From: Ruditapes philippinarum
Lineage: Eukaryota
Direction: 5' to 3'
Length of the DNA stretch: 64,000 nt
Assembly (NCBI RefSeq): GCF_026571515.1
Contig: NW_026858374.1
Location: 1 to 64,000 of the forward strand
Every line of letters starts with the position of its first letter. Position 1 is the first letter of the stretch. Both the position numbers and the translations under genes were made by a program. Below, one piece after another: positions 27,933 through 39,828 of this stretch. The notes under the pieces were generated by a model that worked only from the letters and a program-made list of their open reading frames with translations, had not been told where the DNA came from and ran no database searches.

Positions 27933-28769
27933 CAACTAGTGGAAACTAAAAATGATTTTCAAACTATTTCCATGAACTTCAAAAGTGACTAAAGTATGTC
28001 ACTTGCACAGAGGAGCAGACTGCATCGTTGCCGCGATTTTTAGGAGTAAAACAGGTTCTGTAGTAAGAAAATCGCTTCGCATTTCTTTAATAATGCATAC
28101 ATGTAATACATAGTACATACAAGAGATAGTCCGTGCTAATCTCATTTGATTACTTTATCCCATGATCATTTCACAATTGCTAAAATTTCAAATATTTCTT
28201 AAAACATTCTCAAAAACTGCTGTAGAAAAAATGATTAGATCACTCTCCACGTGTCAATATTTTGAGAATTAATCAAAGTTTAAGACATGCCCTCATGCGT
28301 TAAGATCATCATCCATTATATCTGAAATGTATTTTACTTGACATATTTTATACCGCAAAGTAATAGATATTCATTTCCATTTATGCCCCTTTTTCAAGAT
28401 TTTTTTTTGTTTTACAAGATCGAATTGTTTTAAACTGTTCATAATGACCAAAATATAACGAATATAAATAATTTGAAGTAAAATAAGGTATCGACATGCC
28501 TGATTCCGAGTTATCTTTAGTTGAAAATGACTTAAAAAAGCAAAAATGCTCACTTTCAGGAGCAAATTATTAACAAATGAGCATGGCAACCCAATTATGG
28601 TTTTCTTAACACTTCCTACTGCCATAGCTTAGTTTGTAAAAATATGACACATGTTTGAAGTTGAAACGTATGAACAAAAAATGCCAAAAATATGTTTCTA
28701 CACTGTATATACGTTGCAAATTGAATTAATAATAGTTAACATTTTTAGACAATTTTTTTAAATATGTGT

Positions 28770-28955
28770 CAAACAGAAGGGCCACTAGATTTCAGAAGGA
28801 AATCAGGACCTAGACCTAGACAAAGATGGGTGAAGAGGCAGGTATAGAAAATTCAGCGAACAAGATTCACAGCAACTGCACTACATAGCGCATCATAGAG
28901 GTATAACTGACAAATCTGCAACATGGCCGCCTCAGACTGGGCAGACCAAAGTAAA
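28770..28955 (+). mobile_element. Possible 3' remnant of an RTE-like LINE
   Basis: Translates as DFRRKSGPRPRQRW, resembling the GxRxRGRPRxRW C-terminal motif of RTE ORFs; otherwise degenerate. Confidence 0.35.
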
Positions 28956-28985
28956 GAATATCAAAAATTTAAGCCATGTCAAACC

Positions 28986-29327
28986 TATGGTACGATGGTG
29001 AAAACGCGATGGTACGATGGCTGGCGAAAAAACAATGGCACGATGATGAAAACACGATGGCGCGATGATGCGATGGTACGATGGTGAAAACGCGATGGTA
29101 CGATGGTGAAATAGCGATGGTACATGGTGAAAACGCGATGTGACATCGCGTTTTCATCATCGTGCTATCGCGCCATCGCGATTTCACCATCGTACCATCG
29201 CGTTTTCATCATCATACCATTGTGTTTTGATCATCGTACTATCGTGCCATCGCATTTTCACCATCGTACCATCATGCATCGCGGGTACAGACTTCAAAAT
29301 CACGATTGTCCAAACGGAGCACCGTAA
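28986..29327. mobile_element. Palindromic foldback/MITE remnant built of CGATGGTGAAAACG-type repeats
   Basis: Arms invert about aacgcgatg-tga-catcgcgtt (~29131-29151); right terminus ACGGAGCACCGTA. Confidence 0.8.
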
Positions 29328-31681
29328 TAAAACATTAACTTGCAGCAAACTTAAACCAAATATTTAAATGGACAAGCAGTAAAAGTATTCGGAAGGCAGT
29401 CTAAGACACAAAAATATGGTAAAACTTATTTTTCAACAAAACAAACTGTCTGAGACAGACAAGTTGTATAAACATAGTTTGAATGTAATTTTTGGACAAA
29501 CAATTTACCAAAAATGAATCAATGAAATCCAAAGTCCCGAACACTACTGTTAACAAATGCTTTCAATGTTTACCAAATATATCTCCAAAAGGCACTGAAA
29601 GTTCATCGACCTAAAGTTTTTTTATTTTTAGTGGAAAGTTTGGCTTGCTGCTTAGAAAAGGGTAGCACCGCCAATTCTGAAAGAATGAGGAGTAAACAAT
29701 GTTGGGTCTATGTGAACAGTTTGAAGTTCAATCACACGTTACTGTATTGACTTTTTAAAAAAAGACTACATGTATTTCAATACCAGAAAAACCGGTAAGG
29801 TTATCGAGCATTACATGGTTGCAATGATAACATCAAACAATAACACCATCCGTTTAATACGGAATACCGTTAGGGCCATCGTGGTTATACGTTAAAATAC
29901 TGAGGGCGACAATGCGAGAGTGCGACAGTGCGATGACGACAATGCGACAGTGCGATGACGAGAATGCGACAGTGCGATGGCGAGAGTGCGACAGTGAGAT
30001 GACGAGAGAGCGACAATGCGAGAGTACGATGACGACTACGGAATACCGTTAGGGCCATCGTGGTTACACGTTGAAATACAGAGGGCGACAATGCGAGAGT
30101 GCGACAGTGCGATGACGACAATGCGACAGTGCGATGACAACAATGCGACAGTGCGATGGCGACAGTGTGACAGTGCGATGACGAGAGCGCGACAATGCGA
30201 GAGTGCGATAGTGCGATGGCGAGAGTGCGACAATGCGATGGTGAGAGTGCGACAATGCGGTGGCGAGAGTGCGACAATTCGATGACGAGAGTGCGATAAC
30301 GCGATAGTACGATGACGACAGAGCGATAGTCTTATCGCACTGTCGCCATCGCACTGTCGCATTGTCGTCATCGCATTGTCGCATTGTCGTACTGTCGTCA
30401 TCGCATTGTCGCACTCTCGCCATCGCACTGTCGCACTGTCGTCATCGCGTTATCGCATTGTCGACTCTCGCCTTCTGGTGGACGGTTCTAAACTGCTGGC
30501 GAATAAGCTGACGGTATAGAATATGGGATAATTTTACTTCTGTCAATATTTTTTTTTCTTGCTCTTTCTTTTTCTTTTTATTATTTGTTTTTTTTCTGTA
30601 TACTAATAATGTCTAAATGAAATCTTAAATTAATAATAAGAATCATTTTGTATATAAATACTGAAAGAGTTATACATAGACGGAAAATGTAATAAATTGT
30701 GTGAAACATTAATATACAATGTAATAGAAATATTTCAGATGAAAATGATCTTATGTTGACATTTAAAAGATGAAAAAAATAAATAAAATCATTGTTTATT
30801 ACTTGTATAAAAAAAACAAACGAAATATATTCATAGATCGTCATCAGTGGTTTTATTGTTTTGTAAGATGTATAATTAATTATATAACTAACATTGTAAA
30901 TAATGATACATGTAATTAGAAATTTACGTCAACACATAATTTTTTCTATATATCTAACATAAGTGGTCAACAATTTTCACTTTAAGATTAACTTAACAGC
31001 AGATCCTACTACAATGTATAAGTTTAATTGGTCAGCATATTGTACTATAGCCAACTGACTCCGCTGGTGGACATAGTAAGACAATGTGTTTCAATGTTGA
31101 AAAACACATCTATCCATTATATTTAATCCGGAAAAAATCTTACTGTTTAGTTGTTTTTGTTGTTGTTATTTTTTGTTGTTATTTAAGGGAAACATTCAAA
31201 ATTCGAATTACCAACTACCTGCCGGTAGGTAGTGGAGGATTAAGAATAACCAACTACCAGCTAGTAGGTAGTAGGTTATTTGAATATCCAACTACCAACT
31301 ACCTATCAAATTGACGCTTCTTTAGATTTTTATCAATATCTAAGATCGAGCCATTTTTGTTGCTTGGTGAACATAGCGCTTTTATATTTCTTAGAGATAG
31401 TAAATAAATATGATTAAATAAAAATAAAGAAATATAAAAGATATACTAGATTTCTGTGTCCACTTGTTTTATATATAGCCAAAGTGATTTAGCTCAACCT
31501 TAAGAAACTGCTTATGAACAGAGGAAAATGATGTTTACAGTGAAGTTTTAATTTATTTTGCAATGTTAGTAAAAATTGGTTTATGGTTTATGCCATATTT
31601 TCTTCTTATACTATATGGTCAGCAGACTTAACATACGGTGCTTTAGGTACACATGTATACTAGAATCTGCTGACCAGTTAA

Positions 31682-32083
31682 CCCATTCCCGCATAAGCAT
31701 TCTGTGAAAAATGGCTGTTTTCATTGAAAACCCCCCTGTTACACAAGCTCAAATTGCTATGAAACTATAATGTCGGTGGTTTTACTCAGGTACCCATTTG
31801 TGCCTAAAATAATGCACGAAAGGGCACCTAAGGTCTTCATCCACCGGTAAAGCTGGAACGTCGCCATATGACCTATACTGTGTCGGTGCGACGTAAGACC
31901 CAATCAATCAATCAACTATGAAACTAGAAAAAATGCTTTAATACTGATCAAACTTGGCACAAATGTTTACTAAGCCATATCATTTGTATCTTAATTTCCT
32001 GTTACCAGGACAACTAGGGGACATTTCAAAATCACTATAATGTTGTGTTAATTTTTCCATCAAAGCTGCAAATTCCCGATGGG
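31682..32083. mobile_element. Partial inverted copy of the 3810-4425 piggyBac-like MITE, within the foldback spacer
   Basis: TTAA|CCCATTCCCgcataagcattctgtgaaaaatggctgttttcattgaaaa is the reverse complement of 4378-4429; homology continues to the equivalent of ~4145. Confidence 0.75.
31768..31915 (+). mobile_element. 5'-truncated SINE with 11-bp TSD
   Basis: Flanked by direct repeat CTATGAAACTA (31757-31767, 31916-31926); (ATCA)n tail; a near-identical body lies at 38832-38945. Confidence 0.85.
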
Positions 32084-33867
32084 ATTTTTTTCATCTTTTA
32101 AATGTCAATATAAGATCATTTTCATAATATCATATTTTAATGAAATATTTCTATTACATTGTATCTATCACACAATTTATTACATTTTCCGTCTATGTAT
32201 AACTCTTTCAGTATTTATATACAAAATGATTCTTATTATTAATTTATGATTTCATTTAAACATTATTAGTATACAGAAGAAACAACAAATAAATAATAAA
32301 AAGAAAAAGAAAAAAACAAGAAAAAAATATTGACAAAAGTAAAATTATCTCATATTCTATACCGTCAGCTTATTCGCCAGCAGTTAAGAACCGTCCACCA
32401 GAAGGCGAGAGCCGACAATGCGATAACGCGATGACGACAGTGCAACAGTGCGATGGCGAGAGTGCGACAATGCGATGACGACAGTACGACAATGCGACAG
32501 TGCGATGACGACAATGCGACAGTGCGATGGCGACAGTGCGATAAGACTATCGCTCTGTCGTCATCGTACTATCGCATTATCGCACTCTCGTCATCGCATT
32601 GTCGCACTCTCGCCATCGCATTGTCGCACTCTCGCCATCGCACCCTCGCATTGTCGCACTCTCGTCATCGCACTGTCGCACTCTCGCAATCGCACTCTCG
32701 CATTGTCGCCATCGCACTGTCGCATTGTCGTCATCGCACTGTTGCACTCTCGCATTGTCGCCCTCCGTATTTTAACGTATAACCACGATGGCCCTAACGG
32801 TATTCCGTACTATCTAGCGTATTACCGTTTCAGTTAGGGTCAATATGGCGACATGGGTACAAACATTCTCCTTTTCGGTAACCCAGACCCTTACTAGCCT
32901 CACCGACTATATTACTTTTTTCAGCTGATCAATTTGGCAACATCTATAGCAATTATGTCGAATTCATTTAAGCGAAAAAGTAGTAAAAAAGTTAAAAATA
33001 AAATACCTTAATTTTTTTTTTTTTGGGGGGGGGGGGGGTGCTATTATTGACATACACAATTTTTTAAGCGGGTTGTTGGTGGCGGTTGCGTTGTATTGGT
33101 TGAACTAAAAATCATGTTTGAAATAAAAACAAACAAAAATGACGATTGATTACTAGTATTGCTTTTATTTCAAGCACTTTATAAAATTTCTTGTATTGAA
33201 TAGTTTGTTTAAGCACTTGAATTCAGCAGTTGAATGTAAATCATAAGATAAATGCTATTTGAAAGTCCATTACGTCTGGTAAATAAATGTGGTTAGATAT
33301 GTTGGGGTATAATATTACATAAATTTCACATTAACTGAACCTTTAAATTTCACACACACTTCCTTCTACAATGGCAATGTATTCTGTGGTTATGCAAGCA
33401 AGATGAAAACCATTAAACAGCTTATAATAATTCACCTTTGATAGTGAAACTTGTTTTGATATACATCATAATTATGGCATGAAAACAAACACGCACGTAC
33501 ACATTGTCTAGCGATTTATATACAAGAAATAGCATATTAATATTAGGGCTTTTCATTCAGTTTCATGCATTATTTTTATGTAAATAATGCAGTGAATTGA
33601 CAAATGCAGGCATTTAATGCAATCTTTATCTTAAATGAAAAACAAGTAAAAGTCAGAAATGATAAGTGATGGGGATGTTCTATGTATCCTTAATTCTGTT
33701 ATAAAGACAATGAATATACAAAATGACGTATCTAAGTTATAAGTTAATTTCATTAATTAGTCTGGCAACAAATTATTCTAAAATAAACTCATCTAAATTA
33801 TTTTCAATTAATGAACAAGAGTTGACAGTTTTTATTTGCACACCGTAAAACTAAATGATATCTTATT

Positions 33868-35308
33868 TTAGTTTTTGACGAGTAAAAAGCCTGTAAATGT
33901 AGTTCCATCTGGCTGAATGTGAATTGGCACACTCCCTGAATTTTGGACCCATACTTCACTTCCGGCATGGACAAATACCACAACAGAATCACCGCCTGCA
34001 GTTTTTATTCCACTTTTAAACGGACACTTACTGGTGTCCATTTGAAACTCAGCGGTATTGTTAGAACCACTCGCACCATATTCTCCTCTAAAGCATATTA
34101 TGTCGTCCATGATTGTGTTGTCTATTTGGTTTAATTTAGTGTTTTTGAATGCAAAATAATTGGTACTACCATAGATACGAAGCTTCGTAGTTATACCATA
34201 AAGAGTTGTCGCACTGACAGATTTGTTATTCACTCTAAGTTCTACTTCCCCATATGCGTCGGTAATTTGTATGAAATACATAAAGAGATAGACACCACTC
34301 TCTGGGGCTTTGAATATACCCGATCTATTGTCGTACCCATTCATATTATTGGTGGTAATCTCGTTAAAGACTACACGTTTATATTGTTTGACTGCCCGAG
34401 TCTTATTCGCAAGTCTTGCTGAAAAACTCACATGATGACCTGAAAGGCAAACATATTATTTATACGTATATCAAACAAAGAAAAAAACTATAAGCACACT
34501 TAACAATTCTTTTTTTACTTTGAACAGCAATCGTTTTTGATATTCACGACTATCAAAATAATCATACATTGACTGTATGTTAAGTGTTTTTCTATCTTTT
34601 TGTCACTGACGAAAAATTGCCTTTTATTCTTAAGTCAAGCGAGTATTTCTGTGCGAAAAAGCATCTGCAAATTGAATACTTACGAACTCTATCACTTCTT
34701 AGATCCAGACATTTAGGCAATTGACAGACCGAAATATCAATAAAACTCCCAGCACAAAAAATGCCGCTTGGTGTTGGAGTCGGGTTTGTGCATGTCCGAA
34801 ACCGTGACTGTGAACCATTCCCGCACATGACGTCACATGAAGACCATTCTGACCACGCAGCCCAATTACCATCAACTAAAATATTTAAATTGTATTTTTT
34901 CATTACTGTAAGGTGTTCAACACGTTTTATTAAAAGGGCTTTCTAAAACCCTGCCCACTTTCCTTTGAATGAACGTTGTAACAATATTATCTCAGCAGAG
35001 GTCGTTTTTTTGAAAGTATCTAAAAATATTTCTTTGTTCACCGCAAACAAAATCTGAAGATACTGTAAAGTATACTAACCTTGATTGACAGGAATATTTA
35101 TCGCAAATATGATGATAACGACAACAACTGCGACATATAGTATTATCATCATCACAAGCATAGTGATCAACAAACATTTCATCCGGTTTAGTGTATTATC
35201 GGATTGGCTAATTTTGTCTTTGATGATTTCTGCCTTTATTTCCTTTGTTCCTACCCCTTTCGTATCCAATCTTGTGTTCTCATAGATCACACTTTTGTCA
35301 CTCTGCAT
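33868..35308 (-). CDS. Type II membrane TSP1-gC1q protein, paralog A (330 aa; exons 35308-35080, 34875-34684, 34439-33868)
   Basis: Exon 1: MQSDKSVIYENT plus hydrophobic TM. Exon 2: TSP1 VDGNWAAWSEWSSCDVMCGNGSQSRFRTC. Exon 3: gC1q (VSFSARL, VVFNEI, GYDNRSGIFKAP.SGVYLF, GSEVWV, TTFTGFLL). All introns GT-AG, phase 1; the joined length of 993 nt is in frame. Confidence 0.92.
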
Positions 35309-35430
35309 TTTAACAAATTTACAAACACTATATTTAAATATCAAAACGGTCTAATCTACTTGCTAGACTAAATAAAATCATAGATACATTGGCTCTTATA
35401 CAGGACAAATATTAATTTAGAGTTAAGTTT

Positions 35431-35445
35431 AAAACTTCCGTGTTT
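35431..35445 (-). promoter_or_regulatory. Conserved ETS-like site (CGGAAGT) ~125 nt upstream of the paralog A ATG
   Basis: aaaacttccgtgttt; the same motif occurs at the same offset in paralogs B and C. Confidence 0.5.
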
Positions 35446-36479
35446 AAGATTTTTCACCAAACAAATACTTGTATGATGCACATATGTAAAATGATGTACT
35501 TTTGTAGTTTAATATGTGTATCCATGAGATCAGATCTAAAGAAAAGACTCTAAGAGTAATATAAGTAAATGCAACAAATAAGATGGCGTGCTTGGCTACG
35601 GCTTCAGTTTTTAACTTCAAACATGTTGGTTAATCTTTATTGATTTGTTATGCTGTTTAGATTCATATTTTCAGTATCGCTTTTTGCCCTACTCATTATG
35701 CACAAGCACGAAATGTTACTTCCGATTCTTAGTAAATTATTGTAATTTAAAAACAGTCTCAATGTATAGTGAAAAACTCAATGAGGATTTACGGCAATTC
35801 AAACAATAGACAGAACAAAACATTACGTTCCAGGCCATTAATAAAATAATCAGAGATAAATGTCTTCCAAACCAATTGGTTAAAAGTTTTAAACTATGGC
35901 CATAACTTGATCATGATAGTATGTCCATTCTTATTAATAAACATTGACAATAACATTTACCTCTGATTACGGAGAATAGCATGGGATAACAATTATTTAA
36001 TCTGAAACAAAAGATTATAAACTTCTTTTCTTTTCATTGTCTCACAGTAATTCGTCAAATACAGAACTAGTTAGGACATTCTTCAGCTTTCGATACCATA
36101 TTAGATATCCCCAGCAAACTTTAAGCATTTTTCTAAGATAAATAAGCAATTATCATAGTATAGTATTGCAAGCAGTATAAAAGTGAACTACCGGTTAGAA
36201 CACCAGCAACATTCTGGAGGGCCGTGGCCATTCAATTATGCCATTGTGGAAGACATGAATAAACCTTTAATATTAAATTTCTTAGTTTAACATTTTAATG
36301 TGTTAAATTTCCATGCATTTTAAGGAAATTATGTTTATACATCAGATAATCAAAGTATTCACTCAGGATGAATAAGTCTAACTAATGTTTCAACTTTTCT
36401 CTATTTTATGTAAATTTGTTGGGAAAATTCAAAGTTCTTTAAAAGTTATCTCAGAGAACAGTTTTTAGGGATACCCAGA

Positions 36480-37000
36480 CAAACAAACCTAAACTAAAGA
36501 GGAGATAACTCTTGAAATAAATATGCTAGAATTATGAACATCGTTATACATGATGTGAGTGGTGACAAAGAACAATTATCTTCAGTCTAAAGTAGATACC
36601 ATTTATAGTAACAAAGAAGAAAAGAATTTCTAGAAAAAATCTTAAGTTCAAGGGGGACATAATTCTGGAAATAGTAAAGCTAGAAGTCGCACACATCATT
36701 TGAGTAATAATAAGGAACATATACTTGTCTGAAGCAGATACATTAAGTGACAAAGAGGTTATAGAAAGCAAACAACATTTATTTCATGAAAGTCTAAGTT
36801 CAATGATGATAATTCTGATAATATTGGTGCTAGAATTATGAACCCTGTAACATATGATGTGAGTGATGATAAGAAACACATATTTAAAGTTTGAAGTAGA
36901 TCCACCCAGAAATAAAGAAGTTATTAAAAACATGAAAATTCTAAGTTCATCGTGGTAAATCAATACATTTTGATGCTAGAATTGTGAACCTCGACGTGAA
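36480..37000. repeat. Degenerate ~150-bp satellite remnant
   Basis: atgctagaattatgaac-like motif recurs at ~36522, 36827 and 36973, with a weaker copy near 36680. Confidence 0.5.
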
Positions 37001-38069
37001 TAATTGGTTAATCAGTAGGGGACTAAGAAAAAGTTCAAACACTTAGCTATAGAAAATAAATGACGGAGCACATGTGATTACTAATATTGTAAACGGACCT
37101 GGACTTCTCTCGGGTATTGTGGTTAATTTGGTACACTTTGCGCGTTACGTTGTTGATTTTCTTTTTGTTTCTGGAATAAGTTTAAACATATTTTTACTTT
37201 ATTTACTTTACAAAATAAATGTATCAACAATGTATTACCCTAAAATTCGATAGTAAGACTGTCTCGATAATGTGCCACCAACTGAATTAAAAAACAAAAT
37301 ACATCAATGTCACGAAATTGTAAAGTTTCAATTTGAAAGCTAAAATCAACTAAATCATATACCGGCAAATTAATGATTTTAAGCTGTTTTGCTTATAATA
37401 GACATTAACTTGATCGCTATTGTTATCGTTTTTAACTTGTTTAAATAAAATGCGTTATTACACAACAGCTGTTTGTAGCACAAATAAAAAATCACGGTCC
37501 ATGCCCGAGAAAAAAGTAACCAATGAACGATCACCTGATTGCTATCCCTTTCTCTGTCGACACAACTTCTCTCTTCCCCTCGGTACGTGTATGTCGTTGA
37601 GAAGACACGGGGCATCGACAGAAGATTTGAAGACTGGGGACGGCGAAAAAAGATCGGAACTTATGCTGCGGACCAGCTGCCGATGTGCTGACTAAAGACG
37701 AGGGGAGTGGCCCTACAAAGTAGGCGCTTTGGTCGACGAGGATGGTGTGCTAAGATGCGTGAGCCCTCAGCACGGTTAGACAGCTTGAACGGCAGGCCGT
37801 TTGCTGGCACCAACAGCCCTTTTCAGGGCTACCCTTTCGTATTGTCACAGGTTACTGTATATTAAGGTTCTCATTGACCGCCGTACAGTGACCTACTTTT
37901 GGCTCAAAATTCATATCTTTGGCTAATACTCCGTGGAAATTGCACGGAGGTAAATTATCCCCACTTTGTGCTCCTAAATTAACTCTTTAATGGTATGACT
38001 GGTGACATGTCCGGGGTCTGTACTCGACAGCGAAAGCTGCATTTTGTGCTCGAAAGGGCGGATGAACCT

Positions 38070-38312
38070 NNNNNNNNNNNNNNNNNNNNNNNNNNNNNNN
38101 NNNNNNNNNNNNNNNNNNNNNNNNNNNNNNNNNNNNNNNNNNNNNNNNNNNNNNNNNNNNNNNNNNNNNNNNNNNNNNNNNNNNNNNNNNNNNNNNNNNN
38201 NNNNNNNNNNNNNNNNNNNNNNNNNNNNNNNNNNNNNNNNNNNNNNNNNNNNNNNNNNNNNNNNNNNNNNNNNNNNNNNNNNNNNNNNNNNNNNNNNNNN
38301 NNNNNNNNNNNN
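38070..38312. other. Assembly gap (243 N)
   Basis: Run of N. Confidence 1.
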
Positions 38313-38831
38313 AACCCCAGAAAAAGTGATCTATTCAATGGACATGCTCGGGAGTACGGGTATCTAATACCCGTTAACGCACTGAGCATGCTTAAGTATA
38401 TTACTCTGACACATTTTCAACAGAAAGGTCCCCAAATTATGATACAACCTTATTTATCTTATGTAAGGTGTTGTGATATTGTTTACCATTCGTGACAACC
38501 ACAATGTATGTTATGAATATTATAAAAAAATAAATAAAATTGTGAAAATGACAATCATTTTATGTTGAATGAAATCATTGCTTTTACTTTCCAACTTCCT
38601 TCCATGTTATTCATTTGTGGCAATCATTTATATTTACGAACGTTACCATGTTGAAATTGGGAAGAAAAGCGGTAAACTATCGTTCGTGTGTATGTTTGTC
38701 TCATGTACGAATATCTACTTTTTATTTACTTTCCATAGAAAATGACATTGTTTTGTCAGTTAAAAAAGGACAAATGAAAGAAAACAGTTTAAAAAAGTTA
38801 AAAACGACAAATAACCGACAAACAACCGTTT

Positions 38832-38945
38832 ATGGAAGGGCACCTAAGGTCTTCCTCCACCAGTAAAGCTGGAACGTCGCCATATGACATTTACTGTGTC
38901 GGTGTGACGTAAAACCCAATCAAGTAAATAAACAAACAAAACAAG
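38832..38945 (+). mobile_element. SINE 3' fragment
   Basis: agggcacctaaggtcttcctccaccagtaaagctggaacgtcgccatatgac matches 31820-31900; (AAAC)n tail. Confidence 0.8.
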
Positions 38946-39249
38946 TTTAATGTTATTATTTGCAAGAATGCTCCTAGGCCTGACATTAATGTAACAAGGT
39001 GTCAAAACTGTCACTATCGGTTTATTGTATAAAATAAATTTTAGAGTGGTTTAATGTTGCTTTCTGCACATTTATTTTGTGAAGAATTGAATTCTTAATT
39101 TACAGGTGAATCATGTAGTATTGACAGATTAAACGTTATAACTTACTTTATAGAATTACTTGCAGGTTAAGATACATATTGTTTGTTCATACAAAATGAC
39201 TTAAATAGACCATGGTCATGAAATATATAAACAATGATAAGAATATACA

Positions 39250-39325
39250 CAATTGAGACCACCCCGCAATTAAGACCATTTTGGTCCAGTACCGTTTGTG
39301 GTCTTAATAAAGGGTTTTTACTGTA
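39250..39325. mobile_element. Tc1/pogo-like MITE end fragment (second copy 50873-50946)
   Basis: gaccaccccgcaattaagacc...ggtcttaa...gggtttttACTG|TA is shared by the two copies. Confidence 0.55.
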
Positions 39326-39828
39326 AAAGATTTTTTTCACACAAAAGTACAATTATTTAAGAAATATATTATCACATAAAAAAAGACAGTGAAAAGGTAC
39401 ACATGTATACATTTTAGAAAGTTAAGGGAAGTACTGATCACACTTTCACAATTGATTATCAACAAACATACAAATATTTATCAAAATTTAGGTATTACAG
39501 CCATATTTATGCAGTATTACACTTAGATAATGGGTAAACTGTTGAAAACTAATCACAATTGAAAACAGAGCATTTCAAAACAAAGACAAAAAATGAGTTC
39601 AAGCGTTAGAAATAATTATAAAAATAACATTAACCTTCCATGCTGATATATGAACCAATCTTAAATGTCAGTTCATCAACATTAGACGACGTCGTCACGT
39701 ATTAGATATCTTATCATGCATTTTTATCCAGATTTTCTTAAATCTATATATAACCTATAGGTATTTTGAATAACCGTTTCTATGCTCTTTATATGTTTGA
39801 TTGTTACTTTTTGTTCTGTATTTATTCC

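Larger units (their letters stand above)
29860..32807. mobile_element. Composite foldback DNA transposon with ~740-bp inverted arms (30039-30780 / 32084-32807), TA flanks and a duplicated left terminus
   Basis: TA|CGGAATACCGTTAGGGCCATCGTGGTT at 29860 and 30039; reverse complement ends at 32807|TA. Arms contain GCGACAGTGCGAT repeats plus ~300 bp of unique AT-rich sequence mirrored on both sides. Confidence 0.85.

Noticed and set aside
28371-28625. 84-aa minus-strand ORF where the pseudogene's TM exon would be expected
   Set aside because: No YENT motif, no TM segment resembling the paralogs and no PxNQ|G donor; homology not supportable.
28969-32837. SHCR/RQCD-rich repetitive ORFs on both strands
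   Set aside because: Translation by-products of the stop-poor foldback repeats.
38350-38375. GGGTATCTAAT, matching the reverse complement of the conserved SSU rRNA ATTAGATACCC motif
   Set aside because: Only 11 nt match; the flanks are not rRNA-like and the motif is part of a local hairpin.
37979-38495. ORFs spanning the N run
   Set aside because: Artefacts of the gap.
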